Source of the DNA: a virus
Lineage: Duplodnaviria; Caudoviricetes
Direction: 5' to 3' (one strand)
DNA length: 37,705 nt
IMG/VR virus record: IMGVR_UViG_3300028422_000467
Location: 1-37,705 of that record
Positions 26,474-34,588 of this stretch are shown here, piece by piece; position 1 is the first letter of the stretch, and each line of letters begins with the position of its first letter. Below the pieces are notes generated by a model. The model saw nothing but the letters and a program-made list of their open reading frames with translations. It was not told the DNA's origin and did not search any database. The translations under genes were made by a program, and so were the position numbers.

Positions 26474-26602
26474 ATGCTCACGGCAATTCTGATCATCCTG
26501 TCGATCGACCTGTTCTTCCGGCTGCTGCAGTTCGGCGCGAACGCCAACACCACAGCCACGCTCAGAGCGATCGAGATGAACACCCGCGGCTACGGCAGGT
26601 GA
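26474..26602 (+). CDS. Small hydrophobic peptide (42 aa)
   Basis: AAGGAGG RBS; MLTAILIILSIDLFFRLLQFGANANTTATLRAIEMNTRGYGR; its stop abuts the major tail stop. Confidence 0.7.
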   Translation: MLTAILIILSIDLFFRLLQFGANANTTATLRAIEMNTRGYGR

Positions 26603-27418
26603 CTAGCTGGCACCCTTAATGCTGGTCCACGACTCGCCGTCAACCCACTCGCAGTAGTACAGCGGGATGAGCTCGTTGCTCGTCGGGTCGTTGGGGTCCT
26701 TGCCGACGAAGTACGGGTCGGGCAGCACCGTGTAGCCGAGCGAGCCGGCATCCGGATCGGTCTTGGACCGGCGGAACGAACCGATGTCGGTCAGCTTGCA
26801 CAGCGAGTAGCCCTCGGCGGTGTACATGAACTGTCCCCGCTTGCGCCGGGCGAACATCAGGATGATCTGGTACTCGGGGGCCTCGTTGTCGATCGGCTTG
26901 CCGATGTTGAAGTCCTCGGTACCCGGGTCCTCCACGATCGACACGCCGTTGGAGTCGGCGAGCGCCAGGTTCATCCGCAGGCGCTTCATGAGCGGCTTGA
27001 CCGTCTCTACGCCGGTGAAGTTGATCGTCAGACCCTCACCGGTCAGGTCCGAATCGAACGGGAAGTTCGACTGCAGGATCATCTGGTTGTCGTTCGTGAT
27101 ATCGGGTGCCCGCTCCGGACCGCCGTCCTCGGTGAGCGCGCCGATCAGCTCGAAGCCCTCGTTCGCCTCGGGGTTGGTGATCCAGTCGCCGTCGACGAGG
27201 ATGTGGGCGAACAGGTCGTCGCGCGGCGTGCCGTCCTCGGCGAACGGCGACCAGTTCCGCGTCGGGGGATTGCCCGCAGCCCACGGGCTGATGTTGGTCT
27301 CGGCTCCACGGTTGTCGCGGATCAGGATCGCCGCCAGACCGCCGCGGGTGTTGAACCGAGAATCGACATCCTCGAATCCGCCTGCGCGCCACGAAGTGCC
27401 TGTTGCTGGAATGGTCAT
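26603..27418 (-). CDS. Major tail (tube) protein
   Basis: GFELIGALTEDGGPER motif; position after the terminator; ends in ...KGAS. Confidence 0.9.
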   Translation of the reverse strand: MTIPATGTSWRAGGFEDVDSRFNTRGGLAAILIRDNRGAETNISPWAAGNPPTRNWSPFAEDGTPRDDLFAHILVDGDWITNPEANEGFELIGALTEDGGPERAPDITNDNQMILQSNFPFDSDLTGEGLTINFTGVETVKPLMKRLRMNLALADSNGVSIVEDPGTEDFNIGKPIDNEAPEYQIILMFARRKRGQFMYTAEGYSLCKLTDIGSFRRSKTDPDAGSLGYTVLPDPYFVGKDPNDPTSNELIPLYYCEWVDGESWTSIKGAS

Positions 27419-27445
27419 AGTCGACGCCCTTTCCTCACGGTGATT

Positions 27446-27853
27446 CTATGCTATTTCGTCGTAAGTCTGCCCGAACTGGTAGCGCGCAACATAGCGGATG
27501 ATCTGGTCGTTTCCGTACGACTCGCGACGCGGTGATTCGAACACGTTCATGTAATCGACCGTGCCATCCGATTCCAGATAGCGCCCCAGCAACAACATTC
27601 GCCGGTGAGTCTTATCCTTCTCATCGCGTGCTGCATCTTCGCCAAGACTCTTGTCGCACAAGGTGTCCACCTGCACCACCTGATCGGCGCTGGATTCCTC
27701 CAGGTTTTCGTTCCCGGCAACCTGCTGAACGAGCGTGAACGGCAACGGATCGCCCGCCTTGCGGGTGTTGGCGCTGCGCCGCAGCGGCAGCAGCCAAGCC
27801 ACCACCAGGGTCTCCAGATCCCCCGGCCCGACGTCGAGCAGTTCAGCGGTCAT
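27446..27853 (-). CDS. Tail terminator
   Basis: DLETLVVAWLLPL...LPFTLVQQVAG...VVQVDTL...IRYVARY pattern; synteny. Confidence 0.82.
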   Translation of the reverse strand: MTAELLDVGPGDLETLVVAWLLPLRRSANTRKAGDPLPFTLVQQVAGNENLEESSADQVVQVDTLCDKSLGEDAARDEKDKTHRRMLLLGRYLESDGTVDYMNVFESPRRESYGNDQIIRYVARYQFGQTYDEIA

Positions 27854-28266
27854 CAGTCAGGCGTTCCCCCGAAGCGCAGGGCGGTACGGGCGGCGAAGGC
27901 AAAAGCTTCAGTCGGGGTCTTGGCCGATCGGTGACGCCTGCCGTCCAGGCCCCACCACATGCCGACACCCAGTACGTCAGGACCGGTTCCGTATTCCAGG
28001 TGCGCAGCGACAGGATCGTTAGTACCGACCCAGTGCCGGTAGTAAGGAATCCTCCCGATGTTGGCCCCCCGCTTACTGCGGCGCTTGATCGACTTTCGAT
28101 AGGTGCCCGTCGCATAGGGGTGATCAGGATCTCCCGGTTTCGGCGCAATGGACTTCCAGTATTCCTTGACCCGCTCGGCGAACACTTTGGTCGCGTACCG
28201 TGCCTCGGAGTCATGGGCCGCCTCGACCAGAATCTCATTCATCACCTGCGTCCGTGTCACCGGCAT
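27853..28266 (-). CDS. Neck/tail-completion protein (HK97 gp10-like)
   Basis: SIAP...TGTYRKSI...AAHLEYGT motif. Confidence 0.8.
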   Translation of the reverse strand: MPVTRTQVMNEILVEAAHDSEARYATKVFAERVKEYWKSIAPKPGDPDHPYATGTYRKSIKRRSKRGANIGRIPYYRHWVGTNDPVAAHLEYGTGPDVLGVGMWWGLDGRRHRSAKTPTEAFAFAARTALRFGGTPD

Positions 28267-28585
28267 CAGGGCTCACCTCCTCCACGGGCTCTGGCTCTGG
28301 CTCTGGCTCTGGCTCGGGCTTCTTGCGGCGGCTGCGGGACTTCGACTCCTCGACGGGAACCTTGATGACGGGCTCCTCGATGGACTCGGACGGCACTGAC
28401 TCGGACAGCACGACAGACTCGATGTAGTCGGTGTACACAGCCCGATCGAGTGGCACCACATATCCCGTCTCCAGGTAGTCGACCGCCTCGTCGTCATCGA
28501 GCGTCACCACCTGGCCGGGCCTCTTGAACTTCAGCCCCGATCCCACCGAGACATAGCACCCTGTCGTCACTTCGTACTGGGGCAC
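28235..28585 (-). CDS. Hypothetical virion-region protein with an acidic PE-repeat tail
   Basis: AGGAGG RBS; PGQVVTLDDDEAVDYLETGYV domain; (GGCTCT)n microsatellite at 28287-28320 encodes PEPEPEPEPEP. Confidence 0.75.
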   Translation of the reverse strand: MPQYEVTTGCYVSVGSGLKFKRPGQVVTLDDDEAVDYLETGYVVPLDRAVYTDYIESVVLSESVPSESIEEPVIKVPVEESKSRSRRKKPEPEPEPEPEPVEEVSPDAGDTDAGDE

Positions 28586-28594
28586 GACGCCCTC

Positions 28595-28954
28595 CTATCC
28601 GATGTGCTTCTTCGAGATGATCGTAGTCTTGAACAGGCTGCTGAAGTCCTTGTGCGAACGTGCGCCGCCGATGATCTCGTACTCCTCACCGTCCACCCGA
28701 AGGGCATCCCGCGGCTGGGCGGCCAGCACCGCGTCCCGCAGGTCGCTGCTGTACTCCCCGATGGGGATGGTGGTCCGCCACATCTCGGTGGCGATGTCGA
28801 ACTCCAGCTCGGCCGTCTCGGCGAACGTCAGCGGCCGGTGATGACACCCGGGCAGATCGGTCGTCGTCTCCACCTGCGGATAAGTGCCCAGCTCGCCCGG
28901 CACCGGACCATCGGTGCGGCGAACCAGGGTGACGACATCAGGACCGAACGTCAC
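28595..28954 (-). CDS. Head-to-tail stopper
   Basis: VTLVRRT...GC...DALRVDGEEYEIIG motif; synteny. Confidence 0.82.
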   Translation of the reverse strand: MTFGPDVVTLVRRTDGPVPGELGTYPQVETTTDLPGCHHRPLTFAETAELEFDIATEMWRTTIPIGEYSSDLRDAVLAAQPRDALRVDGEEYEIIGGARSHKDFSSLFKTTIISKKHIG

Positions 28955-28956
28955 GA

Positions 28957-29094
28957 CTACCTCGGAACCACCCAGAAGTGTTCCAGCAGGGACTGGGCAG
29001 TCAGCATGTCACAGCCGGTGGCTGAGACGATGTCGTTGATCGTCGCCTCGCGGAACGCCGAGAGGTCGGGCTTGATCTGAACGGTGACAGGCAT
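28957..29094 (-). CDS. Hypothetical protein (45 aa; alternative start 29115)
   Basis: AGGAG RBS; MPVTVQIKPDLSAFREATINDIVSATGCDMLTAQSLLEHFWVVPR fills the gap exactly. Confidence 0.6.
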   Translation of the reverse strand: MPVTVQIKPDLSAFREATINDIVSATGCDMLTAQSLLEHFWVVPR

Positions 29095-29114
29095 GGCATC
29101 TCCTACAGTGGCCA

Positions 29115-29720
29115 TCACAGAAACTCCAGCCGGGGCAGCCGGTAGTCGTCGAGGATGTTCTTCACCGAGAACAGCGCCGACTCGGCCATCGCCGCGTAGG
29201 GGTTGCCCCAGGTGTAGGTCACATCATCGACCCGCTTGGACACCAGGTCGGCATCGCCGCGGCCGGACAGGGCCAGCGACCCCATCTGGTCGACCATCGA
29301 CAGAATCGCCTGTCGCCAGTCGGCGGCCTCCTCCTCGGTGTAGCCGTGGTCCATCACCACCACGACCGCCTGGTAGTCCTCCGACCACCACAGCTTGGAC
29401 CGCTTGCGGATCGCCGCCGGCCTCTCCAGGATTCCCGGCGGCCCACCCGCCGACCAGGTGAGATCACCCAGGGTGAGCAGGGTTCCATCCTCGGTGACAC
29501 TGGTCAGCGTGATGAGCTTGCGCGTCGGGAGCAGCAAGATGCGGCTGCCCGGTCCGTCGATGGTCACCTCGTCGTCGTAACGCACCGGAGAGACATGCCA
29601 GCCACACTCCCGGCGGGCGATCACCAGAGCGGCGTCGAGCAGGCGCGCGACCTCCGGGTCATTGGCGAGCAGCCGTCCTGCGGTGAACTGCTCGACATCG
29701 GAGGTGGTCAGTTCACCCAT
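29115..29720 (-). CDS. Head-to-tail adaptor
   Basis: ARRECGWHVSPV...VVMDHGY...VDDVTYTW...LDDYRL actinophage adaptor pattern. Confidence 0.87.
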   Translation of the reverse strand: MGELTTSDVEQFTAGRLLANDPEVARLLDAALVIARRECGWHVSPVRYDDEVTIDGPGSRILLLPTRKLITLTSVTEDGTLLTLGDLTWSAGGPPGILERPAAIRKRSKLWWSEDYQAVVVVMDHGYTEEEAADWRQAILSMVDQMGSLALSGRGDADLVSKRVDDVTYTWGNPYAAMAESALFSVKNILDDYRLPRLEFL

Positions 29721-29725
29721 TCAGA

Positions 29726-29875
29726 TCACGGCGTCTGGAGTGCCCGACCGACGTAATCCTTGTCACCGGCGATCGTGTTGCGGCTCAGGTAGTCCTTCGC
29801 CGGATCGGTGGTGCCCGGATTGTCGTTGATCAGAGCGCGACCGAGATAGTCGTGCGTTTCCGTGGTGGTAGCCAT
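29726..29875 (-). CDS. Small protein with three DY[LV][GS]R repeats (49 aa)
   Basis: MATTTETHDYLGRALINDNPGTTDPAKDYLSRNTIAGDKDYVGRALQTP; AAGGAGG RBS inside the upstream gene end. Confidence 0.75.
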   Translation of the reverse strand: MATTTETHDYLGRALINDNPGTTDPAKDYLSRNTIAGDKDYVGRALQTP

Positions 29876-30115
29876 TTACGCCTCCTTGTCGAGCGCAGAC
29901 TTGAACACCGGCTCCTCGGGCTTCGGCTTCGGCTCGGGCTCCACCTTCGGAGCCTCCACCTTCGGAGCCTCTGCCTTCGGAGCCTCTGCCTTCGGGGCAG
30001 CCTTCGACGCAGCCTTCTTCGGCTTCTTGGCATCTGCTTGCAGCTGGGCCAACCGTGCGTGGTTGATCGACCCAGCTGCAACCAGGTTGCCGTTCTTATC
30101 CTTGCGGACAAACAT
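29876..30115 (-). CDS. Small Lys/Ala/Pro/Glu-rich protein (79 aa)
   Basis: TGATG-coupled to the capsid gene; APK[AV]E repeats from 15-bp DNA repeats at about 29936-30017. Confidence 0.8.
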   Translation of the reverse strand: MFVRKDKNGNLVAAGSINHARLAQLQADAKKPKKAASKAAPKAEAPKAEAPKVEAPKVEPEPKPKPEEPVFKSALDKEA

Positions 30116-31347
30116 CAGGACTGCACCAGCGGGACGATGGCGTCGTCGTTGACCGTCAGCGTCGAGAAGTACCCGGCGTAGGCGACCTGGAGGCCAAACA
30201 CCGAAGGCTCGACCACCTGGAGCGTCCCGACCCGCTGCTCGAACAACTCGAGCGCCGCCGTCGAGAACACGTATGCCTCACCGGCACCCAGCCCCGCCGA
30301 CATCACGCAGGGCACCGCACCGATCGTGCCCATCTGCCCCTGTGCGAACTGCCCCGCCATGAACCCAGGCGACTGCGCGTCGCGCGGGCTGATCGGCGGG
30401 AACAGCGGACCGAACACCTGGAGCACGTCGGGAGCCACGGCGAGCAGTACCCGCCCCGCACCCTTGGTCACCGAGTAGCAGGTGGCCACCGCATCCCACA
30501 CGGCCGCAGACACCAGGTCGTCGGTCGGCACCGCACCGTAGGACACCGCGGCGGTGGTAGTGGCAGCCAACGCATCGCCGACCGCACCCTCCGTCTCGAT
30601 GGCGTACTGCTGGCCGAGTCCGTTGACCACCAGGTCCAGGGCCGACGGGTTGGAGAAGTCGATCGCCTGCCGCGAGACGTTGACGTAGCCGCCGTAGGTC
30701 TTCGCGGTGACGGTCTTGCGCTCGATCACCATCTTCTGGCTGTCGAGTTCCGACTTCTCGTAGGTCGCCGAACCATCGGTTCCCTGCAGGCCCACCGTCG
30801 GATGCTGGCTGACGTAGGGCCGGTAGAACGTCGCGTTGGTCAAGGGCATCGTGCCCATCGTCGACACCAGCGGACGGGCCGCGTCGATGAAGTCGATGAC
30901 CGGACCCACGATCGGATCGGGGATCACGCCCAGCGAGTCGCCGGTCTTCTGGTGCTCGGCGGCACGCATGTAGATGTCGAGACGTTCGGTGGCCTCCCGG
31001 CTGCCCTGCGAGGACTGCCACATGTCCAGCATGTAGGCACCTGCCGAGCGGTACTCGACATCGGCCATCTGCGGACGGCCCTTCATCGTGCTGATCGCCT
31101 GGTCGACCTCCTTGGCGCGGTTGCGCGTCTCGAAGGCGATGCGGTTGACGTCCTCGACCTGTTCCAGCTGAGACTTGATCTTCTCCATGCGGCTGCGGGT
31201 CTCCGCCACCATCTCGGACTCTTCGTCGTTGATGTCGCGGGTGCCGGCATTGGCGCGTTCGAAGATCCCCCGGATGAGGGTCTCCTTCTCACGAAGCTCG
31301 GTTTCGAGGCGACGGATCATTTCGTCGCCGGACGATGCGTTGCCCAT
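30115..31347 (-). CDS. Major capsid protein (HK97 fold with N-terminal delta/scaffold domain)
   Basis: Coiled-coil N-terminus; IPDPIVGPVIDFIDAARPL; KTYGGYVNVSRQAIDFS; GGAGG RBS; ends in ...VQS. Confidence 0.95.
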   Translation of the reverse strand: MGNASSGDEMIRRLETELREKETLIRGIFERANAGTRDINDEESEMVAETRSRMEKIKSQLEQVEDVNRIAFETRNRAKEVDQAISTMKGRPQMADVEYRSAGAYMLDMWQSSQGSREATERLDIYMRAAEHQKTGDSLGVIPDPIVGPVIDFIDAARPLVSTMGTMPLTNATFYRPYVSQHPTVGLQGTDGSATYEKSELDSQKMVIERKTVTAKTYGGYVNVSRQAIDFSNPSALDLVVNGLGQQYAIETEGAVGDALAATTTAAVSYGAVPTDDLVSAAVWDAVATCYSVTKGAGRVLLAVAPDVLQVFGPLFPPISPRDAQSPGFMAGQFAQGQMGTIGAVPCVMSAGLGAGEAYVFSTAALELFEQRVGTLQVVEPSVFGLQVAYAGYFSTLTVNDDAIVPLVQS

Positions 31348-31380
31348 AATGGCCCTCCAGTTTGAGAGTTGACGAAATCG

Positions 31381-31445
31381 AGCCCTCTCGGCCAGCGACC
31401 CGCGCCTCTTCAGGCGGAGTGAGAAGCCCTCTCGGCCAGCGACCC
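31381..31445 (-). repeat. Perfect 21-bp direct repeat GGGTCGCTGGCCGAGAGGGCT x2 in the capsid leader
   Basis: Copies at 31381-31401 and 31425-31445 (44-bp period). Confidence 0.92.
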
Positions 31446-31482
31446 AACCCCTACGGGCGAGTTGAGTACGAGGGTAACAGAG

Positions 31483-32367
31483 TCACTTGCTGCTATCGGA
31501 GATCTCTATCCCGAACTTCTTCGCTGCAGACTTGATGCGCGCCTTGATCGACGCCACCTGTTCAGAGCTGTACTTGGAGGAATTGTCGCCCTGGTTGATG
31601 TAGGACCACGCCGCCCTGACGTGCTCCTCGGTGTCGATCGGATACCGCTTCTTGTTGTCGTCCTGGTAGCCAGGATCGGCGTAGGCGACATCGCCGTACG
31701 GCTTCGACGAGTCCTCGGCGCGCTCATCGAGCGTGGCAGCCCGCTCGAACATCCACGACAGAATGGGGTCATCGGCGAACTGATCCATCCGTGGGGTGTG
31801 AATCGTCGGCTCGGGTGGCTCATCCCCGTTGTCGCTGTCACGCACAGAAAGCACCTCCGCGCCCTGATACGCCGGATCGGGAACGAGGGCCAGGTGGTCC
31901 AGGAACGCCCGCCGGATACGGCGCATGCGGGTGCCGCTGCGCTTGTCGAGCAGTTGGTCGGAGGGCCGCACCGCCATGCCCACCGATCCGCCCAGAATGC
32001 CGTCCCTGGCCAGCTGCAACGTCTCGTTGCCCAGGTCGGTTTCCGAGATGTAGGCGTCCACGATCAGACCGTCATTGCGCTCGGGATAGTAGTTGACGAT
32101 CTTGCCCACCAGGCGGCGCTTGTCGTGGTCTCGGTTGACCCGGTAGGTATGAGTGCTCGTCTCGATACCGTCGAACGCCCCCCGCTGAACGACCTCTTCC
32201 CAGACCTCCCCACGGAACGGGACGGGCGTCGACTGCTCGTAGGGAACAGCGATGACCGTCACGATCCGCTCGAGGGCGTCGATCTTGTCGATAGCAGCCG
32301 ACCGAATCTCGATCGGCGCTTTCCGCTGATCTGTCAGCGTATTGGCATAAGTGACGTCGTCAGCCAT
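31483..32367 (-). CDS. HK97-type prohead protease with an extra C-terminal domain (DUF6582-like)
   Basis: EEVVQRGAF, VNRDHD, GGSVGM and HLALVPDPAY motifs; C-terminal YADPG...RYPIDTEEHVRAAWSYINQ. Confidence 0.92.
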   Translation of the reverse strand: MADDVTYANTLTDQRKAPIEIRSAAIDKIDALERIVTVIAVPYEQSTPVPFRGEVWEEVVQRGAFDGIETSTHTYRVNRDHDKRRLVGKIVNYYPERNDGLIVDAYISETDLGNETLQLARDGILGGSVGMAVRPSDQLLDKRSGTRMRRIRRAFLDHLALVPDPAYQGAEVLSVRDSDNGDEPPEPTIHTPRMDQFADDPILSWMFERAATLDERAEDSSKPYGDVAYADPGYQDDNKKRYPIDTEEHVRAAWSYINQGDNSSKYSSEQVASIKARIKSAAKKFGIEISDSSK

Positions 32368-32393
32368 CTTTTCTCCTTACGAGAACTGTTGAC

Positions 32394-32408
32394 AGATTAC
32401 CGCAGCAA
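32394..32408 (-). promoter_or_regulatory. Putative extended -10 promoter TTGCTGCGG-TAATCT upstream of protease/capsid
   Basis: Intergenic; matches 6758-6772 at 12/15 positions. Confidence 0.55.
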
Positions 32409-32412
32409 GGAC

Positions 32413-33036
32413 TTATACCATGCGTATCATCCGGTCACTCCAGTCATCGCGGCTACCAATGCGCCATGCTTTTCGGGGCAGCCGCCGGTACCGGGTGACC
32501 AGACTCGGCTCGTCGGCGTGGTCGACCAGCGACGGCACACTGTAGGCCACCCGGTGGCCGTGGCTGCGAGCCCACTGCGACAGCACCCGGTCGATCTGTT
32601 GGGTGCGCCGCAGCGGAAAGCGTGTGGTCATCGACGGAAGCAGATCACCGCGCACGGCGAGAGCCACCGCGTGCAGAATGCGGCCGTGGGCCACGACCCA
32701 GTGCGACCCGGTGGTGTCGGCGCTGTGCAGGAGCGCCTCCATCCGGCGATCCTCGATGTAGCCGCGCCCCAGATAGAGCGACACGATCGACGCCGGTGCG
32801 ACTGCCAGGGCAGCGGTCAGCTGATCACGGAAGCGGTCGACCGGAAGGGCATCCTCCTCCAGGACGACGTTCCAGTCGGCGGGATGGTCGGCGTGCCATT
32901 TCCACACTGCGGAGTGGTTCCCGGTGCAGCCCAGCGATCCGGAGTCGACACTGAGGTAGTCGGCCTCGACCTGGCGGGCAAGCCTGGTGCCCATCTCGCC
33001 GCGACGGGCGTCGGCGACCACCCCGATGGAGATCAT
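32413..33036 (-). CDS. Glycosyltransferase-like protein (GT25-like)
   Basis: LGCTGNH...WNVVLEEDA...PSLVDHAD motifs. Confidence 0.75.
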   Translation of the reverse strand: MISIGVVADARRGEMGTRLARQVEADYLSVDSGSLGCTGNHSAVWKWHADHPADWNVVLEEDALPVDRFRDQLTAALAVAPASIVSLYLGRGYIEDRRMEALLHSADTTGSHWVVAHGRILHAVALAVRGDLLPSMTTRFPLRRTQQIDRVLSQWARSHGHRVAYSVPSLVDHADEPSLVTRYRRLPRKAWRIGSRDDWSDRMIRMV

Positions 33037-33725
33037 GCGCGTGCCGTCAACGCCCTGATCTGATCCGGCGTCTTCGCCCGCTGATACAGGCGGTATCGCA
33101 GCCGGTTACGGGCGGTGGCAGCACGGTCCGGTCCGGACAGGTGCGTGCCCTTCCCGCCGGACAGGTGGTACAGGTGGTACGCCGATCCCTCGACCCACCG
33201 AATGGGTCCAGCACACACCTCGAAGGCGATCTTCATCGCATCGTCATCGAACCAGGCACCCTCGAACGTCTCGTCGTACCCGCCGACCAGCTCGTACGTC
33301 TCGCGCGACATGACGTTGACGGCACCGATACTGCCGCGATGCCCCTTCACCGGGGATGCCTTGCAGTCGACAGGATCGGTCATGTGTACCCGCACCCACC
33401 GCGAGTCCTCCTCGGACAGCGCCATGAACCAGCTGAACGGGATCACCATGCCGGGGTCGACGGCCAGCCTGACGGCGCGGTCGACCTGCCCCCGGTCGAT
33501 GATCATGTCGGACTCGGCGAAGATCAGCGTGTCGGCATCGGTCTGGGCGACCCCACGGTTGTAGGCGGCACTGCGATTGAACTGGGCATCGCCGGTGCGG
33601 CCGTCGTCGATGACGATCGGTTCGCATCCGTAGGAGAGCCACTGGTCGACCACCCGCGTCAGGTTGGCCCGCCTCAACGGGTCGAGCCCGCGGTCCCTGA
33701 AGGGGATCACCACCGCGGTGGTCAC
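33033..33725 (-). CDS. Glycosyltransferase (GT2/GT7-C, galactosyltransferase-like)
   Basis: VVIPFRDR, FNRSAAYNRG, ESD, VGGYDETFEGAWFDD and YHLYH motifs. Confidence 0.9.
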   Translation of the reverse strand: MTTAVVIPFRDRGLDPLRRANLTRVVDQWLSYGCEPIVIDDGRTGDAQFNRSAAYNRGVAQTDADTLIFAESDMIIDRGQVDRAVRLAVDPGMVIPFSWFMALSEEDSRWVRVHMTDPVDCKASPVKGHRGSIGAVNVMSRETYELVGGYDETFEGAWFDDDAMKIAFEVCAGPIRWVEGSAYHLYHLSGGKGTHLSGPDRAATARNRLRYRLYQRAKTPDQIRALTARA

Positions 33726-34588
33726 GGCAGCGCCCTGTCCGGCTGCCGGACACCCGCCAGATACTTATCCCCGATCACCGCATACTCGGCACGCAACGCC
33801 GTCTCCTGTTCGGGCGTCAGGTCCTGCGGCCCGAACCCGAGATGGGCGACGGTGAACCCCTGGACGATGGCACGGGGATACATGTTGGCCGCACCCTCGT
33901 CACCGACCCGGTGACGCGGCGTCCACTCCCGACCGGCGATCAACTTCGGAGACCGGCGGCCGACCCAGTCGGAGATCCGGCACAGCAGCGAATGGTGCAG
34001 GCCGATGAAGTTGATCGACAACCAGTCCTCGGTGTCGACCAGGCGCACCGGCTGACCGATCATCTCCTGCCAGTGATCGAACATGTACCCGTGCGCCATG
34101 TGCGCGTACTCGTTGCTCATGTGCACGTCGAGCAGTGGGATGTCCAGCGCGGAGAAGCCCTCCCAGAGTCCCGGCGTAAGCGGGGTGCAGGCCCCGTTGT
34201 TCACGACGTCGGCACTGACCACCGTTTCGGGGTTGTTCTCGACGGCGTCCAGGAAATCACCGAACCGCTCGGTCTCCAGGAACACCACGTCATCATCGAC
34301 CTTGACGAACAGGCAATCCCTGAACCGCGGGTTCGTGTAGTGCCGCCACACCCGCGGCAGCCGCTGGAAGGCACGCGGACCGGCATGTGTGTGATACACG
34401 AAGACGTCCGACATCTTGATCGTCTTCAGGTAACTGCTGTCGTGGTTGTTGCGCGTCAGGTTCCAGACGTGGAACTGCACCTGCGGGTACTGCCGCAGGA
34501 TGCGCTCGATCATCGGCAGGTTGAGTTCCATGTTGCCGCGTCGGCCGGCGAACATGAACATGACGACCGGGCGCTCATTCGAAGCCAT
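33722..34588 (-). CDS. Glycosyltransferase-like protein (GT-A fold)
   Basis: FAGRR...LFVKVDDDVVFL (DxD)...SADVVNNG...GDEG...VAHLGFGPQ. Confidence 0.72.
   Translation of the reverse strand: MASNERPVVMFMFAGRRGNMELNLPMIERILRQYPQVQFHVWNLTRNNHDSSYLKTIKMSDVFVYHTHAGPRAFQRLPRVWRHYTNPRFRDCLFVKVDDDVVFLETERFGDFLDAVENNPETVVSADVVNNGACTPLTPGLWEGFSALDIPLLDVHMSNEYAHMAHGYMFDHWQEMIGQPVRLVDTEDWLSINFIGLHHSLLCRISDWVGRRSPKLIAGREWTPRHRVGDEGAANMYPRAIVQGFTVAHLGFGPQDLTPEQETALRAEYAVIGDKYLAGVRQPDRALP

Noticed and set aside
26437-26619. 60-aa plus-strand ORF MKVYGIRTP from the track
   Set aside because: It reads through the palindrome and overlaps the major tail end; the 26474-26602 frame has a perfect RBS and fits the gap exactly.
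28287-28320. GGCTCT microsatellite as a phase-variation switch
   Set aside because: The 6-bp unit preserves frame and only alters a Pro-Glu linker length.
31381-31445. Direct repeat as a mini-CRISPR or att site
   Set aside because: Only two 21-bp copies with a 23-bp gap, inside an intact head operon; no integrase or cas nearby.
31462-33063. Long plus-strand ORFs (533 aa here; also 444-1526, 10135-11421, 21062-22351)
   Set aside because: Antisense shadows of well-supported minus-strand genes in high-GC DNA; no recognisable motifs.
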